A stretch of 32,000 bases of DNA from contig OY781039.1 of NCBI GenBank assembly GCA_963676105.1, positions 1,110,001-1,142,000 of the forward strand. Reading direction: 5' to 3'. Source of the DNA: Erysipelotrichaceae bacterium. Its GTDB lineage: Bacteria > Bacillota_I > Bacilli_A > Erysipelotrichales > Erysipelotrichaceae. The position numbers were made by a program, and so were the translations under genes. Shown piece by piece: positions 24,152 through 32,000 of the stretch (position 1 is the first letter of the stretch; each line of letters starts with the position of its first letter). The notes under the pieces were generated by a model, which made no database searches, was not told where the DNA came from, and worked only from the letters and a program-made list of their open reading frames with translations.

Positions 24152-25477
24152 ATGTTTTCAAATAAAGCATTAAGAAATTTAGTCGTACCATTGTTTGTTG
24201 ATCAACTCTTACTAATTGTTGTCACATTCTTATCATCGCTCATGATTGCACAAGCTGGTGCTAATGCACTTTCAGGTGTTTCTCTAGTCGATATGATGAA
24301 TACATTTTTATTTTTTGTTTTTACAGCCTTAGCATCTGGTGGTTCTGTTGTTATATCTCAATTTATTGGAAGTAATAACAATGATATGGCTGAACACTCA
24401 GCTGCACAGCTTTTTAGTTTCAATATCGTAATATCTATCTCAATATCAATTGTGTTGATTATATTTAGAGGACCTATTATTAATTTATTATTTGGACAAG
24501 CTGAGTTAGACGTTATTAATACAGCGTCTCTTTATTTCTTCTTATCTGTTTTTTCTTATCCATTCTTTTCACTTTATCAATCTGGAAATGCAATTTTCAG
24601 AGCTATTGGGAAAACTAAAATCCCAATGGCAAGTTCGATCTTAATGAATTTTATGACATTCTTTGGTAATGCATTAAGTATCTATGTGTTTAATGCAGGT
24701 GTCTTCGGTTTCGGTATTTCTGCCATTTTTGGTCGCTTCTTAGCTTCAATGTTAGTCTTTGTTTTAGCACTTAGAGGAAGTGATGATTTTAGAATTCAAG
24801 TAAAGCATATCTTTGAGTTCCATAAAGATATCATTAAGAAAATTATATCAATTGCCGTGCCTAACGGAGTTGAAAATGGTGTATTAAGTTTTGGTCGTTT
24901 GCTACTTGCAAGTTTATTAGCAGGTTTTGGTACAACACAAATTGCCGCGAATGGTGTTGTTAACTCATTGGTTCCAATTGCAGTTTCGTTTGGTTTGGCC
25001 ATGAACTATGTCATGGTTACTGTTGTAGGACAAGTTGTTGGTGCTGGCGATTATGATCAAGCTCGTTTCTACATAAAAAAATTATTAAAATGGACCTACA
25101 TTGTTAATGGTATCCTTATATTGATTCATACCTTATCACTACCTTTTATTTTAGATTTATATAATTTATCTGATGAAATATCTACCATTGCATATCGACT
25201 CATTCTTCTACACAATATAGCCGCATTAACGCTTTGGCCATTAGCGATGGTTGTACCAAATGCGCTAAGAGCTGCTGGCGATGCGAAGTTTACAATGTAT
25301 GTCTCAATCATCGCAATGGTTGTTTTCAGAATCGGAACAACATACATCCTATCAATTGGATTTGGCTTAGGTGTTTATGGTATTTGGATTGCAATGATTG
25401 TCGACTGGCTATCGCGTGTAGCCTTTAACTTATATCGATATTATTCAAATAAGTGGACTCAATTTAGATTAGTTTAA
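24152..25477 (+). CDS. MATE-family multidrug/toxic-compound efflux transporter
   Basis: 441 aa with 12 predicted TM helices and MATE-typical N-terminus (LRNLVVPLFVDQLLLIVV) and bilobed repeat. Confidence 0.8.
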   Translation: MFSNKALRNLVVPLFVDQLLLIVVTFLSSLMIAQAGANALSGVSLVDMMNTFLFFVFTALASGGSVVISQFIGSNNNDMAEHSAAQLFSFNIVISISISIVLIIFRGPIINLLFGQAELDVINTASLYFFLSVFSYPFFSLYQSGNAIFRAIGKTKIPMASSILMNFMTFFGNALSIYVFNAGVFGFGISAIFGRFLASMLVFVLALRGSDDFRIQVKHIFEFHKDIIKKIISIAVPNGVENGVLSFGRLLLASLLAGFGTTQIAANGVVNSLVPIAVSFGLAMNYVMVTVVGQVVGAGDYDQARFYIKKLLKWTYIVNGILILIHTLSLPFILDLYNLSDEISTIAYRLILLHNIAALTLWPLAMVVPNALRAAGDAKFTMYVSIIAMVVFRIGTTYILSIGFGLGVYGIWIAMIVDWLSRVAFNLYRYYSNKWTQFRLV

Positions 25478-25489
25478 ATTATGTAAAAA

Positions 25490-25519
25490 CCCAACAATTT
25501 TGATAAATTGCTGGGTTTT
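25490..25519. terminator. Bidirectional intrinsic terminator (MATE gene / CMD gene)
   Basis: CCCAACAATTT-TGAT-AAATTGCTGGG (10 of 11 pairs) flanked by an A-run (25485-25489) and a T-run (25516-25519). It lies between convergent stops. Confidence 0.75.
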
Positions 25520-25528
25520 CTTTAGGTT

Positions 25529-26239
25529 CTAATCCTTCTTAGCTTCCGTTACTTTTGTGATGACAGCCATAGCATTTAAACTACGTGGATAGCCAATATA
25601 AGGTAAGCATTGAGAAACAACCTTGATTAAGGTTTCCTTATCATTACCCATCATTAAGTTACCTGCAGTGTGCGATGTTAATTGACTTTCGCATCCACCC
25701 TGTGCTGCAAGATAGCAGAAAGTAATCATTTCTCTCTGTTTAAGATCTAAACCATTACGCGTGTAGTAATCGCCAAAACAATTAGCTGCTAACCAGCGAT
25801 TAATATGACCACCTTTATAAAATTCCTTCATTTGAGGACCAAATATTTTAGCTTGTGCATCTGCCCCAGCCAATAGTCTTGTTTCCGTATCAGTAGTCGT
25901 TTGATCTTCTAAAGGTAATTTAATACCTTTTGAGATCATGACTTCATTAGTTGCGACAAGAAAAGGATGAACTCTTCCCATGCCTAAATAATCAACCGCT
26001 TGATAAACCACTTCTTTTGCCTGTACTGGTGTTAGAGCGCCATTTAACGCTTGATCTAATTGAATTTTAAATTCATCTAATCCTTGACACCCTAGTAAGC
26101 TTGCTAGTATTGCGAGATATCTGGTTTCATCATCTAGTTGAAATCCTTCTTCATTAATCACTTCATCTAAGCTGAATGCTTCATGTCTTTCAACAAATTC
26201 AGGATCTGTTACGTACAACTCTTTGTATAATTTAGTCAT
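25529..26239 (-). CDS. Carboxymuconolactone decarboxylase (CMD/AhpD-like) family protein
   Basis: 236 aa with two CMD-like helical repeats. The second carries the family Cys/His motif (AAQGGCESQLTSHTAGNL). Confidence 0.7.
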   Translation of the reverse strand: MTKLYKELYVTDPEFVERHEAFSLDEVINEEGFQLDDETRYLAILASLLGCQGLDEFKIQLDQALNGALTPVQAKEVVYQAVDYLGMGRVHPFLVATNEVMISKGIKLPLEDQTTTDTETRLLAGADAQAKIFGPQMKEFYKGGHINRWLAANCFGDYYTRNGLDLKQREMITFCYLAAQGGCESQLTSHTAGNLMMGNDKETLIKVVSQCLPYIGYPRSLNAMAVITKVTEAKKD

Positions 26240-26268
26240 TTTTTATTACTCCTTATGTTCTAAATTAA

Positions 26269-26299
26269 ATTATAGACCTTAAAGTTAACTCTAAGTAAA
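26269..26299 (-). promoter_or_regulatory. MerR-type promoter P5 (19-bp spacer with dyad operator)
   Basis: On the - strand: TTTACT (26299-26294), spacer TAGAGTTAACTTTAAGGTC (19 nt), TATAAT (26274-26269). The dyad CTTAAAGTTAACTCTAAG lies at 26278-26295. Confidence 0.65.
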
Positions 26300-26325
26300 G
26301 TGTATTTTAAAAATGTTCTAAGAAT

Positions 26326-26360
26326 TAAAAAATGAGCAAAGAATTTAACTAAGCTCATTT
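26326..26360 (-). terminator. Intrinsic terminator of the enoate reductase gene
   Basis: AATGAGC...GCTCATT 7-bp stem (26331-26359, 15-nt loop) followed on the - strand by TTTTTTAATT. Confidence 0.5.
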
Positions 26361-26372
26361 TGATAATACGAT

Positions 26373-28289
26373 TTAAATGCTTAAAGCAAGTTTGCTAGCT
26401 TCGTAGATTGCAATCTTAGCATCTGATGCTTTTTTAGCATCACCTATAGAATACGTCTCATTGAATAGTGTATTAGCCGTTTCAAGAAGTGGATTATAGC
26501 TTCTTGAACCGATCGCTAAAGCTATAAGATCAAATCCACTTAGTTCTCCAATACCATTAGGATTTTCATATTTTATCCCATCTTCAACAAATTCAAGAAC
26601 TTTTGTTTCTGGATAAAAATTAACATCGTGCTCAGCCAAAGTGTTTAAAAGGATTTTTCTTGCTGGCTTTGCAAGTAAAGGAGCCATCTCTTTGATCATG
26701 TCAACGATACTTACATCATTGTTAAATTCACTTAAAAATTCAGCTGTTTCACATCCAACAAGCCCTGCTCCTACAACAAGAACTTTCTTGTTTCCTACAA
26801 CAAATTTGCCATCTAGGATATCATTTGCTTTATAAACATTTTCATTATCGATCCCTTTGATTGGAGGAATCACAGGTGCAGATCCTGTCGCAAGAATACA
26901 AATATCAGATTTATACTTTTCTAAGACTTCTGGATTTACTTCGACACCTCTAAGAATTTCAACATTATGTTTTTTTGCTAATACTTCATAGGTGTGAATC
27001 GCACGTGATAAATCATGTTTCATTGGCGGAACGCTTGCTAATCTAAGTTGACCACCAAGTTTATCATCTTTTTCAAGTACAGTTACTTTATGACCCTTTT
27101 TACCTAATATCCAGGCTGCTTGTAATCCTGCAGGTCCAGCGCCAACAATCGTAACTGATTTTTTAGTTTTTGCTTCTTCAATAAGCCACTCATCTTCTTT
27201 ACCACTGAATGGATTGATCATGCATGATACACCTATTTCAGAGTCTTCGCTCTTTTGCCCGTATATACATCTTTGTAGACACGCCATACAGTGAAAGATT
27301 TCATCGATTTTGTTCTCTTTAACCTTATTTGGGAAATTAGAATCACAAATAGATTGACGACCCAGTGCTACAAAATCAGCATCACCTGATGCAATAATGC
27401 TCTCTGCAATTGCAGGATCATTAATTCGTCCTACAGAAATTACAGGAATACTGACAGCTTGTTTAACTTGTTTTGCATTTTTAGTATTGTATCCAGGTTG
27501 TGCATAATAGGATTGTATTGGAGCTCCATACGATACATGAATTGCGTCAGCGCCAGCTTTTTCATATAAAATTGATTGAGCAATTGTATCTATTATCGAA
27601 TTCCCATAGGGTGATTCTTCAACTCCACTAACTCGAATTACTACTGGATAATCATTACCACATTTCTCTTTGATACTTTTAATGACTTCAGTCGCAAATT
27701 TTGCTCGTGCACTTACATTTCCACCAAAATCATCTGTTCTTTTGTTAAAGTATTTTGACAAGAACTGTGCTATGAGATATCCATGAGCACCATGAACTTC
27801 GACACCATCAAATCCAGCTTCTTTAGCTCTGACAGCCGCATCAGAGAATTTTCCTATGAGATCCCAAACTTCTTGTGTCGTCAACTCATGAACATTCTCC
27901 AGTTTATTTTTTGCAGGTATTGATGAAGCCCCAACTGGTGTAGATTTTGTCACTTTAGTATTTGCTTGATTTCCAGCATGATGTAATTGCGCAAAAATCA
28001 AAGTATCGTATTTATGAATTCGATCAGTTAAACCTTTTAGATTCGGTATAAACGAATCATTATAAATTCCAACTTCGGTATCTGATGCAAGGCCTTCTTC
28101 GCTTATACACATGAATTCAGTGAAAATCAATCCGAAACCACCTTTTGCCCGAGCTTCGAAATAACTATATGAATGTTCAGAAAATAAGTGTTCTAATGTT
28201 GCAGATCCGCTGTGCATAGCTGGGACAACAAATCGATTCTTAATAGTTAAATTACCAATATTCTTAGGTGTAAACAATTGATTAAACAT
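26373..28289 (-). CDS. Fe-S flavoenzyme of the 2-enoate / 2,4-dienoyl-CoA reductase family (OYE TIM barrel + 4Fe-4S + FAD/NAD(P) domain)
   Basis: OYE-like N-terminus FTPKNIGNLTIKNRFVVPAMHS, cluster motif CMACLQRC...C, and two dinucleotide folds (VTIVGAGPAGLQAA, VLVVGAGLVGCETAE). I place the start at ATG 28289 (SD AGGAGG at 28294-28299). The 20-codon extension in the track (to 28349) lies in a repeat region with no SD. Confidence 0.8.
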   Translation of the reverse strand: MFNQLFTPKNIGNLTIKNRFVVPAMHSGSATLEHLFSEHSYSYFEARAKGGFGLIFTEFMCISEEGLASDTEVGIYNDSFIPNLKGLTDRIHKYDTLIFAQLHHAGNQANTKVTKSTPVGASSIPAKNKLENVHELTTQEVWDLIGKFSDAAVRAKEAGFDGVEVHGAHGYLIAQFLSKYFNKRTDDFGGNVSARAKFATEVIKSIKEKCGNDYPVVIRVSGVEESPYGNSIIDTIAQSILYEKAGADAIHVSYGAPIQSYYAQPGYNTKNAKQVKQAVSIPVISVGRINDPAIAESIIASGDADFVALGRQSICDSNFPNKVKENKIDEIFHCMACLQRCIYGQKSEDSEIGVSCMINPFSGKEDEWLIEEAKTKKSVTIVGAGPAGLQAAWILGKKGHKVTVLEKDDKLGGQLRLASVPPMKHDLSRAIHTYEVLAKKHNVEILRGVEVNPEVLEKYKSDICILATGSAPVIPPIKGIDNENVYKANDILDGKFVVGNKKVLVVGAGLVGCETAEFLSEFNNDVSIVDMIKEMAPLLAKPARKILLNTLAEHDVNFYPETKVLEFVEDGIKYENPNGIGELSGFDLIALAIGSRSYNPLLETANTLFNETYSIGDAKKASDAKIAIYEASKLALSI

Positions 28290-28302
28290 AACGCCTCCTA
28301 TA

Positions 28303-28343
28303 TAATCGCTTTTTATAGATATTATTAATCGCCTTTTATAGAT
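28303..28343. repeat. Two 18-bp direct repeats (period 23 bp) immediately upstream of the enoate reductase SD
   Basis: 28303-28320 TAATCGCTTTTTATAGAT and 28326-28343 TAATCGCCTTTTATAGAT, 17/18 identical. The proximal copy ends 3 nt from the SD on the - strand. Confidence 0.7.
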
Positions 28344-28368
28344 TATCATATAATTTAATGTTTGCCCA

Positions 28369-28402
28369 TAAAAAAATGCTTATTACTTTGAATAATAAAC
28401 AT
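28369..28402 (-). terminator. Intrinsic terminator of the ArsR-family gene
   Basis: On the - strand, AUGUUUAUUAU-UCAAA-GUAAUAAGCAU (11 bp including 2 G-U pairs) is followed by TTTTTTTAT. Confidence 0.6.
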
Positions 28403-28414
28403 TTCTAAAATCAT

Positions 28415-28729
28415 TTATATTAATTCTTCGTCAATCCAAGATGATATTTGTTTTATGGTAGACTCTTTTCTTCTAAAGTAAGTATATTGTCTTATATATT
28501 TTGACTCTACTAAATCAGCATCTTCTAGTATTGATAGAAACTTAGATATGGTTGATTGACTTAAACCAGCCTTCTTTTTTATCGCACCTAAACAAACTCC
28601 GTTACTAAAATCATCATCATCTAAAAGATGAATTTGTCGTTCAAAATTTTCTTCAGGATTCTTCATCCACAATAGTATATTTAATCTAGTTTCATTTCCA
28701 AGTGCTTTAAAAATTTTTAATGGATCCAT
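28415..28729 (-). CDS. ArsR/SmtB-family winged-helix transcriptional regulator
   Basis: 104 aa with ALGNETRLNILLWM and the HTH LSQSTISKFLSILEDADLV. No obvious metal-binding Cys pairs. Confidence 0.75.
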   Translation of the reverse strand: MDPLKIFKALGNETRLNILLWMKNPEENFERQIHLLDDDDFSNGVCLGAIKKKAGLSQSTISKFLSILEDADLVESKYIRQYTYFRRKESTIKQISSWIDEELI

Positions 28730-28745
28730 ATTTTTACCTGTTCTA

Positions 28746-28788
28746 AAATCTAACTTTAATCAATATATTAACCCAAAAAGTTAAATTT
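28746..28788. promoter_or_regulatory. Candidate operator: 12-bp inverted repeat flanking a -10-like TAATAT upstream of the ArsR-family gene
   Basis: AAATCTAACTTT (28746-28757) and AAAGTTAAATTT (28777-28788) are reverse complements at 11/12 positions, separated by 19 nt. That spacer contains TAATAT on the - strand (possible promoter TTCAAA-17-TAATAT). Confidence 0.35.
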
Positions 28789-28801
28789 TTGAATGAATTC
28801 A

Positions 28802-28828
28802 CAAAAAAACGGAAGAATTTACTTCCGT
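28802..28828 (-). terminator. Intrinsic terminator ending the rha operon
   Basis: ACGGAAG-TAAATT-CTTCCGT on the - strand (28828-28809) followed by TTTTTTT. Confidence 0.75.
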
Positions 28829-28843
28829 ATGATTTTGAAACCG

Positions 28844-29671
28844 TTATTTATCAAACAAGAATTCTTCAGAAAGTTCAACGTTAAAATCTTTTGCTAATTT
28901 CCTAAAATCATTAGGTTGAATTGTTTGAAGTTTAGTCGGTGACATAGCTAATACTTTGACTAATATTTCGGCGGATTTCTCGACCGTATCCATTAGACCA
29001 AACGTAATATCAAAATTAGGGCCACTACAAAATGTTCCATGGTGAGCCCAAATAGCTACATCGTATTTCTTCATTAGCTTTGATGTTTCGATTGCAATAT
29101 TTCGTCCACCAGGTACCATCCAATCCACTATCCCCACACCTTGTGGGAATACGACTGGGCATTCTGTCGCCATCTCCCAGAGCTCACGAGTAAAGATTTT
29201 ATCTTCAAGAGGAAGTACAAACGTAAGCGCGATTAGATTGGTTGTATGCGCATGATAGATAACCCGATGTTCACCATGCGTTAATTCTTTTTTAACCTCA
29301 TGATTCATCAAATGCGAAGGTAGCTCTGATGTTGGTCGTCCACCTTTTGATAAACCCCATAAAATCTTGTAGTTTTCACCCTTTTCATCAACTTGTAATA
29401 TACACATTGAATCTTCGGCATCAACTTCAAAATTTCTAAAGAACTTTCCTGAGCCACTAGCTAAAAAATACTCATTGGCAAGTCCAGGAACATTGGTCCC
29501 AATTGATTGCCATTCAGTTCTTTCTTTTAAAAATGGCTTAACTTTCTCGACATCTTGACTTGTCATTCTATAAGTAAGATTACCCCCATTACGTTCATGC
29601 CATCCTTTGTTAAATCCATCCATTCCTAAACGAATAAAACCTTGCATGAATTCAAGATTTAGAATATCCAT
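28844..29671 (-). CDS. rhaD: Rhamnulose-1-phosphate aldolase (class II aldolase)
   Basis: 275 aa (E. coli RhaD is 274 aa) with class II aldolase His ligands (HRVIYHAHTTN, IWAHHGTF). Context directly downstream of rhaA. Confidence 0.85.
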   Translation of the reverse strand: MDILNLEFMQGFIRLGMDGFNKGWHERNGGNLTYRMTSQDVEKVKPFLKERTEWQSIGTNVPGLANEYFLASGSGKFFRNFEVDAEDSMCILQVDEKGENYKILWGLSKGGRPTSELPSHLMNHEVKKELTHGEHRVIYHAHTTNLIALTFVLPLEDKIFTRELWEMATECPVVFPQGVGIVDWMVPGGRNIAIETSKLMKKYDVAIWAHHGTFCSGPNFDITFGLMDTVEKSAEILVKVLAMSPTKLQTIQPNDFRKLAKDFNVELSEEFLFDK

Positions 29672-29672
29672 A

Positions 29673-30926
29673 CTATGACCCCCTCTTTATTAATACAGTA
29701 CTTTCGTATTCTTCAACTTCACTGTACCAATCATAAGATTCAATTTCATTTCTTTCTAAATACTCTTCCCATATATCACCAAATGGTAGTGATTTAATCT
29801 CTTCTTGTAGCATTAGTACTTCAGTTAAGCGTCTTTCATCTTGTAGATCTTTCAACATTTCATGAGGCGTTAGTAGAGCGATTAATAATGCCTTCTGCAT
29901 ATTTCTCATGCCCATAACCCAAGCCCCAATACGATTGATACTCGCATCGAAGAAATCTAAACCAATAATGGTTTTTTGTGAGCCATTGAAAATAATTTCC
30001 TTTGCAATTTCTTTAAGTTCATCGTCTAAAGTAACAACATGATCACTATCCCAACGTACTGGTCGAGTAACATGTAGTGCCACTTGTTCAAAGAATATTA
30101 ACATGCTTGAAATCTTGTCACTGACTTTTTCAGTTGGATGATAATGTCCATTATCGAGTAAGCAAAGTAAATCATTCTTTGCGGCATAGTTCATATAAAA
30201 CTCATGAGAGCCAACGGTATAGGATTCTACACCAATACCGAAAACTTTTGATTCAACGGCAATTTTCACCAATGACTTATCATAATCAATTGAAATTATT
30301 TCATCTAATGATTTCTTTAGTCGCACACGTGGTGTTAAACGATCTGCAGGTGTATCTTTAAAACCGTCTGGAATCCAAATGTTCATCAGTGTTGGGCTTC
30401 CAAGTTCTTTCGCAAAATATTCACTAATGCGAATACATGCTTGTCCATGTTCAACCCAGAACTTTCGAATAGTTTCATCCTCACTTGAAAGTGTTGCATT
30501 CTCTGATAATGGATGTGAAAAATAGGTTGGATTAAAATCTAAGCCAACTTTATTCTTTTTTGCGAACTGTACCCATTTTTCAAAGTGCTTTGGCTCAAGT
30601 TTATTACGATCAACCGTTTCTCCATCAAAAATGGCATAACTGGCATGTAAATTAATACGATGTTTGCCTGGAACTAATGATAATGCTTTTTCAATATCTG
30701 CCATTAGTTCTTCAGGATTGCGAGCTGCTCCTGGATAGTTGCCTGTCGTTTGAATTCCTCCAGACAAATCACCTGAATTTTCAAAACCAGCAACATCATC
30801 ACCTTGCCAACAATGCATTGAGATTGCGATTTTATCTAATTCTGCGATTGCCTTCTCAGTGTCTACATTAAACTTTGCATAAATGTCTTTTGCACTTTCA
30901 TATCTATTCATGTTTCTTTCCTCCAC
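29673..30926 (-). CDS. rhaA: L-rhamnose isomerase
   Basis: 417 aa, RhaA-typical length and motifs (ISMHCWQGDDV, INLHASY, LLCLDNGHYHPTE). The start overlaps the rhaB stop by 23 nt. Confidence 0.85.
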   Translation of the reverse strand: MEERNMNRYESAKDIYAKFNVDTEKAIAELDKIAISMHCWQGDDVAGFENSGDLSGGIQTTGNYPGAARNPEELMADIEKALSLVPGKHRINLHASYAIFDGETVDRNKLEPKHFEKWVQFAKKNKVGLDFNPTYFSHPLSENATLSSEDETIRKFWVEHGQACIRISEYFAKELGSPTLMNIWIPDGFKDTPADRLTPRVRLKKSLDEIISIDYDKSLVKIAVESKVFGIGVESYTVGSHEFYMNYAAKNDLLCLLDNGHYHPTEKVSDKISSMLIFFEQVALHVTRPVRWDSDHVVTLDDELKEIAKEIIFNGSQKTIIGLDFFDASINRIGAWVMGMRNMQKALLIALLTPHEMLKDLQDERRLTEVLMLQEEIKSLPFGDIWEEYLERNEIESYDWYSEVEEYESTVLIKRGS

Positions 30927-32000
30927 TATATTGATTAATACTAAATGTATTGCGTATTAATACCTTGCTTTCACTCATTGAATTAATTTCTTTTTGTGCG
31001 AGTAATTGCACAATAATATTTCCAATCGCTGTTCCTTCAATCGGACCAGCACTTACAGTACAACCCGTTTTTATGGATGTTACTTTATTCAAATAATCAG
31101 CTTGAGACCCGCCACCCACAATTTGAATTTTATTAATCGTCTTTCTACTTAGAGTCTCAAATTCTTCTTTTGTTTTGCGATAAGACTCAGCCAAACTGTT
31201 ATATACAACAGCCGCAATTTCATTTTCATTTATTGGTACTGCTTGATTTGTCTCAATGCAATAATCTTGAATTTCTTTAATCATGCTTTTAGGTGAAATA
31301 AATCGATTATCCTGACAATCAATGATGCTTTTAATACTTGAACTTTCAGCCATTTCACACCATTGTACATAGCTGTATTTTCCATTAAACTCACGACTAA
31401 CTTCTTGAATCAACCATAATCCCATAATATTTTTCAAATATAGGTATTCTTTGTTTACTCCACCAGAGTTAGTAAAGTTCAACTTTTGACTATCAACACT
31501 CGTGATGGCTTCTTTGACTAAGGTACCCATGAGCGACCATGTACCAGAGCTAATATATAGAGAGTCACTATCTTCATAAGGTAATGCAAGTACAGCTGAT
31601 GCTGTATCATGACTGGCAACTAATATGACTTCTGTATCAAAACCTATCTCTTCTACAATTGCTGGTCTTAATTGTCCTAATGAATAGCCAGGTTCTTCGA
31701 TTTTATTAAACATATCTTTGTTTCCAATGATTTCTAATAAATCTTGATCCCATGTATAAGTTGAACTATTTACCAATTGTGTCGTTGTTGCATTTGTATA
31801 CTCATTGACTATCTTTCCAGTCAGTAGAAAGTTTAAATACTCAGGAACCATTAAGAAACTTGCAGCTTGTTCAATATATTCTGGATGACTCTGTTTAATT
31901 GCCATCAATTGATAGATTGAATTAAACAATTGCTTTTGGATACCTGTTTTTTGATATAAAGATTCTTCAGAAATATATTTTCTTAATAAATCATCCATTC
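30904..32000 (-). CDS. rhaB: Rhamnulokinase (FGGY carbohydrate kinase), C-terminal ~365 aa; N-terminus outside the window
   Basis: FGGY-family C-terminal domain (ASHDTASAV, ISSGTWSLMG, IQIVGGGSQADYLN). The ORF is open to the window edge and the expected length is ~470-490 aa. Confidence 0.8.
   Translation of the reverse strand, partial: MDDLLRKYISEESLYQKTGIQKQLFNSIYQLMAIKQSHPEYIEQAASFLMVPEYLNFLLTGKIVNEYTNATTTQLVNSSTYTWDQDLLEIIGNKDMFNKIEEPGYSLGQLRPAIVEEIGFDTEVILVASHDTASAVLALPYEDSDSLYISSGTWSLMGTLVKEAITSVDSQKLNFTNSGGVNKEYLYLKNIMGLWLIQEVSREFNGKYSYVQWCEMAESSSIKSIIDCQDNRFISPKSMIKEIQDYCIETNQAVPINENEIAAVVYNSLAESYRKTKEEFETLSRKTINKIQIVGGGSQADYLNKVTSIKTGCTVSAGPIEGTAIGNIIVQLLAQKEINSMSESKVLIRNTFSINQYSGGKKHE

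Noticed and set aside
28290-28349. N-terminal extension MIIYKRRLIISIKSDYIGGV of the enoate reductase
   Set aside because: A strong SD (AGGAGG) precedes the internal ATG at 28289, which begins the conserved OYE N-terminus MFNQLFTPK. The extension is encoded by the direct-repeat region and has no SD.
3295-30871. Nineteen short ORFs in the six-frame track that lie antisense to or out of frame within larger genes (3295-3483, 3562-3822, 5085-5276, 5479-5676, 7644-7862, 9807-9989, 12263-12457, 14463-14675, 19277-19507, 19712-20089, 22949-23176, 22966-23229, 23909-24100, 24796-25002, 25126-25347, 25234-25428, 26641-26835, 30134-30361, 30677-30871)
   Set aside because: Each is embedded in a longer ORF with clear family signatures. 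Each has low-complexity or biased composition (S/I/F/L-rich, typical of antisense frames in AT-rich DNA), no SD and no recognisable motif.
30904-30926. 23-nt rhaB/rhaA overlap as a sign of frameshift or pseudogenisation
   Set aside because: Both reading frames are intact, with full-length conserved termini (RhaA 417 aa). Such overlaps are a common form of translational coupling in compact operons.
1-32000. Screen for CRISPR arrays, IS elements or transposases, integrases, prophage or defence-system genes, toxin-antitoxin pairs, rRNA/tRNA
   Set aside because: No spaced identical repeats of 24-40 bp were seen. No ORF carries transposase, recombinase, nuclease, ATPase-defence or phage signatures. 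All larger ORFs are accounted for by metabolic, regulatory or transport families. The only repeats seen are the short regulatory ones reported above.

Overview
This is a 32 kb stretch of low-GC (about one-third G+C by eye) chromosome that looks Bacillota-like (Firmicutes or Erysipelotrichia-like) and uses the standard genetic code. It is densely coding, with 27 supported CDS. I found no rRNA, tRNA, CRISPR array, transposase, integrase or phage gene.

Layout, left to right:
- 1-498: 3' end of an ornithine carbamoyltransferase gene.
- 516-788: small membrane protein.
- 946-2421: membrane diguanylate cyclase with a C-terminal hemerythrin-like domain.
- 2442-5421: divergent HpcH-aldolase / Fe-alcohol dehydrogenase / ketopantoate-reductase-like cluster.
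- 5498-8530: tpx, a GNAT acetyltransferase and an LtaS-family transferase.
- 8676-14157: translationally coupled five-gene polyamine operon on the minus strand (speA-speE-speB-carboxyspermidine dehydrogenase-decarboxylase). It is preceded by a ~290-nt structured leader with its own promoter, a 60%-GC core and mutually exclusive terminator and antiterminator pairings.
- 14546-16231: TreS-like GH13 enzyme.
- 16.3-26.3 kb: a ~10 kb island of five small transcription units. Each starts at a promoter with a 19-bp spacer carrying the same GTTAAC-centred dyad (MerR-type architecture). The island encodes two MerR regulators, three aldo/keto reductases, a bicupin, a CMD/AhpD-like protein, a MATE exporter, a C-S lyase, an O-acetyltransferase, a beta-helix DUF protein and a cyclophilin-like lipoprotein.
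- 26373-28729: Fe-S/flavin enoate reductase with an adjacent ArsR regulator.
- 28844-32000: rhaD-rhaA-rhaB (rhaB runs off the window).

The two observations I rate highest are the candidate leader RNA in front of the polyamine operon, whose class I could not assign, and the multi-promoter MerR-type regulon island.

All calls rest on reading the sequence and translations and on remembered family signatures. No database search or folding program was run.
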